In this document: positions 60,594-64,000 of the stretch, piece by piece
Position numbering within the stretch: position 1 is the stretch's first letter
Layout of the letters: each line of letters opens with the position of its first letter
NCBI GenBank assembly: GCA_963822585.1
Contig: CAWGIE010000011.1
Span: 136,672-200,671, forward strand
DNA length: 64,000 nt
Reading direction: 5' to 3'
Source: an uncultured bacterium
Lineage (GTDB): Bacteria; Auribacterota; Erginobacteria; Erginobacterales; Erginobacteraceae
Made by a program: the position numbers and the translations under genes
Notes under the pieces: model-generated
Database searches by the model: none
What the model was told of the DNA's origin: nothing
Seen by the model: the letters and a program-made list of their open reading frames with translations, nothing else

Positions 60594-63361
60594 ACATCGA
60601 CGGTCGCATCCGTTCATTTCGTGTCCCGCCGAACATACTCCTCGTCCGGCTCCTCAGAAGGGAAGGATACCGCGGCCTGCGGCAGGCGTGTGACGGCGGC
60701 AACTGTGGCGGATGTACCGTCCTGATCAATAAGAAGCCGGTATTGTCATGTCTCATGCACGCCCACCAGGCGATCGGCAAAGAGATCATGACCATCGATG
60801 GCGTCCTTCAGTATGATGAGAAGCTTCCCCTGCTCCCCCGCTGTCTCAAGCGGGCCGGAAGCTCCCAGTGCGGTTTCTGCACCTGCGGCTTCATCATGGC
60901 GGCCGCGGGACTGTATTTCCGCAATTCCGATCCGTCGGACGCGGAGATCGTCCGCGGCCTCTCCGGCAACCTCTGCCGCTGCACCGGATACGAGAAGATT
61001 ATCCAGGGAGTCCGCTTGTTCTTCGACGTCATAAACGGCCGGAAGAAACTGGAGCCGTTGGCGGAGACGAACGAACCTTTCGGCAAAGGAATCGAGAAGA
61101 TCGACGGCGAGGGCCTCACCACGGGCACGGCCGCCTACGTGAGCGACATGACCGTCCCTGGTCTCCTCCATATGAAATTCTTGTGTGCCGGCAAGACTCA
61201 CGCCGTCATCAGGAACATCGATACGGCTGAAGCGGAAGGGCTGCCCGGGGTCCACCTGGTCCTGACGCACAAGAACACCCCCGGCGTCCCCCTGACCACG
61301 GCGGCTCAGGAATATCCCGAGCCTTCTCCGTATGACCAGCGCCTCCTTGACTCCCGGGTCCGTTTTTACGGCGAACCGGTGGCGGCGGTGGTGGCCGCCG
61401 ATGAGGAGACGGCGGAAGAGGCGGTCGGGAAGATCACGGTGGAGTATGAGGAACTGCCGGTGATGCTCGATTTAGAATCGGCTTTCCACAATACCCGGGC
61501 GCCGATCCACCCGGAAGGAGAAATCGAGAGGGTCGAGGACCCGTCGAGAAACCTGGTCGCTTCGTTTCATTTCGCCGAGGGGGAGATGCAGTGGCCGGAC
61601 GAAATGATCGTTGTGGAAAGGACGTTCTACACCTCAAAGCAGCAGCACGTACACCTGGAACCGCACACCGCCCTTGCCTACACCGATGAGGGGGGATGCC
61701 TGATCCTCTACTCGTCGACGCAGGTCCCCTTCGATGTCCGCCGCCTGGTGGCCCGCGTCCTCGGGACGACCTTTTCCGCCGTGCGGGTCATCAAGCCCCG
61801 CATCGGAGGCGGATTCGGCGGAAAGCAGGAGATCGTGGTGGAGGGGCTGACCGCCTATGCCGCCACGATTCTCGGTAAACCGGTAAAGTCGCTCATGACC
61901 CGGAAGGAAGAGTTTACTTTTGCCCGGACCCGCCATCCGTTCGAGGTGCGTCTGAAACTCGGCTTCACCAAGGCCGGTGAGATCCGGAACCTGCAAGCAG
62001 ATATAATAACCGACACCGGGGCATACGGCGGCCATGGCTCGACGGTGGCGGAGCTGGCCGTCAAGAGGATCACCCAGCTCTATCGGGTTCCCAACGTCGA
62101 CGTGCGGATCAGAGTTGTCTATACCAATAAAACGCCCTCCGGCGCGTTCCGAGGGTACGGGGAACCCCAGGTATTCTTCGCCCTGGAATCGCTGGTCGAC
62201 GAGGCGGCGCGGAAACTGAACACTGATCCGGCGGCGTTGCGGGCGAAGAACCATATCCGCCCGGGCGACCGCTTGAACGTGGAAACCCTGTTTCTTGATC
62301 CGCCCTCACGGGGCCAGGTAGTGCGGAGCTGCCTTCTGGAGCAACTGATCGAGCAAGGGAAAGAATATATCGAATGGGATAAACGCCGGCCGGCTACGGA
62401 TGATTACGCTACGGGAAAGGGGATGGGCATCTCCTTTCAAGCCAGCGGCGTCGCGAATATCACCCGATCGGCGACAACGGCGGCCCTCAACGAGGACGGC
62501 TCGGTGCAGATCCTGACCGGAGCAGCGGATATCGGGACCGGAGCCGACACGGTCCTGAGCCAGATCGCGGGCCAGGTGCTCGGACTGCCGATCAAAAATA
62601 TTCGTATCGTCACCGCCGATACCGGAACCACCCCCTACGACTCGGGCGCCTATGCCTCCAACACGACATACTTTGCGGGCCTGGCGGTCAAGGAGGCGTG
62701 CGAAAAACTGAAAAAGGCCGTTCTCTCCTATGCCGCGAAGCGGTACGATTTCAGTCCGGAGGACCTTGCTCTCCGCGACGGTTGTCTGGTCTCAAGAGGC
62801 CGCTCCCTGCCGATCGGGGAGATCGCCGGAAGGATGACGGCCGACGCCGGATCCGTTCAGACGGTATTTCATTCCGTGGTCAAGCGGGCAACCGCCGCGC
62901 CCTCCTTCGCGGCTGCCTTCGTCGACCTCAACGTCGACCGGAAGACCGGGAAAGTGATTGTCGTGAAGGTGGTCCAGGTCCTGGACTGCGGCATGGTCGT
63001 GAATCCGGTTCTGGCGGCGGGCCAGGTGGAAGGCACTACGGTCCAGGCAATCGGATACGCCCTTTACGAGGAGATGAACTACAGCCGCGACGGGCGGATC
63101 AAAGAGACGGACCTTTTCGTATACAAAATTCCGACGATCTTCGAGAAACCGGAGATCAGGGTGGAGTTCATCCAGGAGGCCGACCCGACCGGGCCCCTCG
63201 GCGCGAAGTCGGTTGGGGAGGTGGCGTTTGCGCCGGTGGCGCCCGCTATCAACAACGCCATCTACGATGCCTGCGGCATCCATATGACAACGCTTCCAAT
63301 GACCCCCGAGCGGGTACTGAATCAACTGCGCGGCCGGGGGGATAAGGGAGACAGAACGTGA
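60572..63361 (+). CDS. Xanthine dehydrogenase-family fused 2Fe-2S + molybdopterin subunit
   Basis: CDGGNCGGC, QCGFC..CRCTGY, GGGFGGK, AFRGYG, AKSVGE; start ATG 60572. Confidence 0.9.
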   Translation: MPDVIRLNIDGRIRSFRVPPNILLVRLLRREGYRGLRQACDGGNCGGCTVLINKKPVLSCLMHAHQAIGKEIMTIDGVLQYDEKLPLLPRCLKRAGSSQCGFCTCGFIMAAAGLYFRNSDPSDAEIVRGLSGNLCRCTGYEKIIQGVRLFFDVINGRKKLEPLAETNEPFGKGIEKIDGEGLTTGTAAYVSDMTVPGLLHMKFLCAGKTHAVIRNIDTAEAEGLPGVHLVLTHKNTPGVPLTTAAQEYPEPSPYDQRLLDSRVRFYGEPVAAVVAADEETAEEAVGKITVEYEELPVMLDLESAFHNTRAPIHPEGEIERVEDPSRNLVASFHFAEGEMQWPDEMIVVERTFYTSKQQHVHLEPHTALAYTDEGGCLILYSSTQVPFDVRRLVARVLGTTFSAVRVIKPRIGGGFGGKQEIVVEGLTAYAATILGKPVKSLMTRKEEFTFARTRHPFEVRLKLGFTKAGEIRNLQADIITDTGAYGGHGSTVAELAVKRITQLYRVPNVDVRIRVVYTNKTPSGAFRGYGEPQVFFALESLVDEAARKLNTDPAALRAKNHIRPGDRLNVETLFLDPPSRGQVVRSCLLEQLIEQGKEYIEWDKRRPATDDYATGKGMGISFQASGVANITRSATTAALNEDGSVQILTGAADIGTGADTVLSQIAGQVLGLPIKNIRIVTADTGTTPYDSGAYASNTTYFAGLAVKEACEKLKKAVLSYAAKRYDFSPEDLALRDGCLVSRGRSLPIGEIAGRMTADAGSVQTVFHSVVKRATAAPSFAAAFVDLNVDRKTGKVIVVKVVQVLDCGMVVNPVLAAGQVEGTTVQAIGYALYEEMNYSRDGRIKETDLFVYKIPTIFEKPEIRVEFIQEADPTGPLGAKSVGEVAFAPVAPAINNAIYDACGIHMTTLPMTPERVLNQLRGRGDKGDRT

Positions 63362-63479
63362 GGGACGGTGCTTCGGCTATCCCCCTCCCTTTCGCGCGCG
63401 GCACCGCCGTAGTGTGGAGAAAAAGTAAGAATGTTACTTGAGGCGGGACAGAGGCCTCTACTCGCCGCCGGGGCAAAAT

Positions 63480-64000
63480 TCAGACCCTGAGCGAGCCACG
63501 GAACCCCCTGCCGCCATAGTAAGAGGACGCACCGTTGTGATACAGAAAGACGTGGCCGTAGCGGCGATCGGCAAAGAGCGCGCCGCCGAGTTTTCTGATA
63601 TCAAGAGGTGTTTTTAACCAGCTCGACGTTTTCGTATCGAAATTCCCCCGTTTCTGCAACTCTCGATATTGTTTTTCCGTTAAAATCTCGATGCCCATGG
63701 CAGCTGCCATATCCATAGCGGTATCTTTTGGTTTAAATGCTTTCCTTGACTCCAGCGCTTCACGGTCATAACAAACATTTCTGCGGCCTTCAGGACTTTC
63801 CGCCGAGCAATCATAAAAAAGGTATTCGCCCGTCTTGCTTATCATGCCCGACAACATCCGGCTCGCCGCCGGTTCTCTCCATTGCACCGAGAGACCACAG
63901 TTTTGCCGGATCGGCGGCCAGCCGGGCCTGTACCCCGGCCCATTCGATGCCCTGATGGCGGTTCATATTCCTCTCAAAACGGGTTTTCAGTGCTCCGATC
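63480..64000 (-). CDS. DUF4256-family protein, 5' end outside window, frameshift near 63838
   Basis: LKTRFERNM..MERTGGEPDVV in one frame; DTKTSSW..GGALFADRRY..HNGA..RGFRG in another. Confidence 0.8.

Overview
GC-rich bacterial chromosome segment from a diderm (LptF/LptG, a TolC-family protein and ArnT are present). The 40-aa GDY(D/N)GDG..IFR..SGLWAIRG..YFG repeat proteins recall uncultured PVC-group lineages, but that is recollection only. 1-17.7 kb is one minus-strand run: tig-clpP-clpX-uppS-cdsA-dxr-rseP-ispG continuing into a polysaccharide cluster. Next come tRNA-Gly and a heavily rearranged tRNA-Leu locus, then an AT-rich accessory block (GT-C protein, decayed surface protein, PIN toxin-antitoxin pair) ending at tRNA-Gln. 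After that: hpt, rubredoxin, dnaJ, a TMTC-like/GH99/GT-C cluster, MgtC, glgA(glgM) and glgE. lptF and lptG are separated by an ~18 kb block encoding twin exported HAD phosphatases, a secreted metallophosphoesterase, RND+OMF, an ABC cassette, a CusRS-like two-component system and ArnT. The window ends with ahcY, a xanthine-dehydrogenase-family pair and DUF4256. Most notable: (i) four matching 11-bp-period operator arrays that outline a candidate regulon in the 18 kb block; (ii) an intact tRNA-Leu flanked by inverted repeats and nested inside hairpin-interrupted copies of itself; (iii) many intergenic junctions occupied by several families of short palindromic or inverted-repeat elements. Several single-base frameshifts fall in homopolymers and may be assembly errors. 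No CRISPR array, integrase, transposase or reverse transcriptase was recognised.
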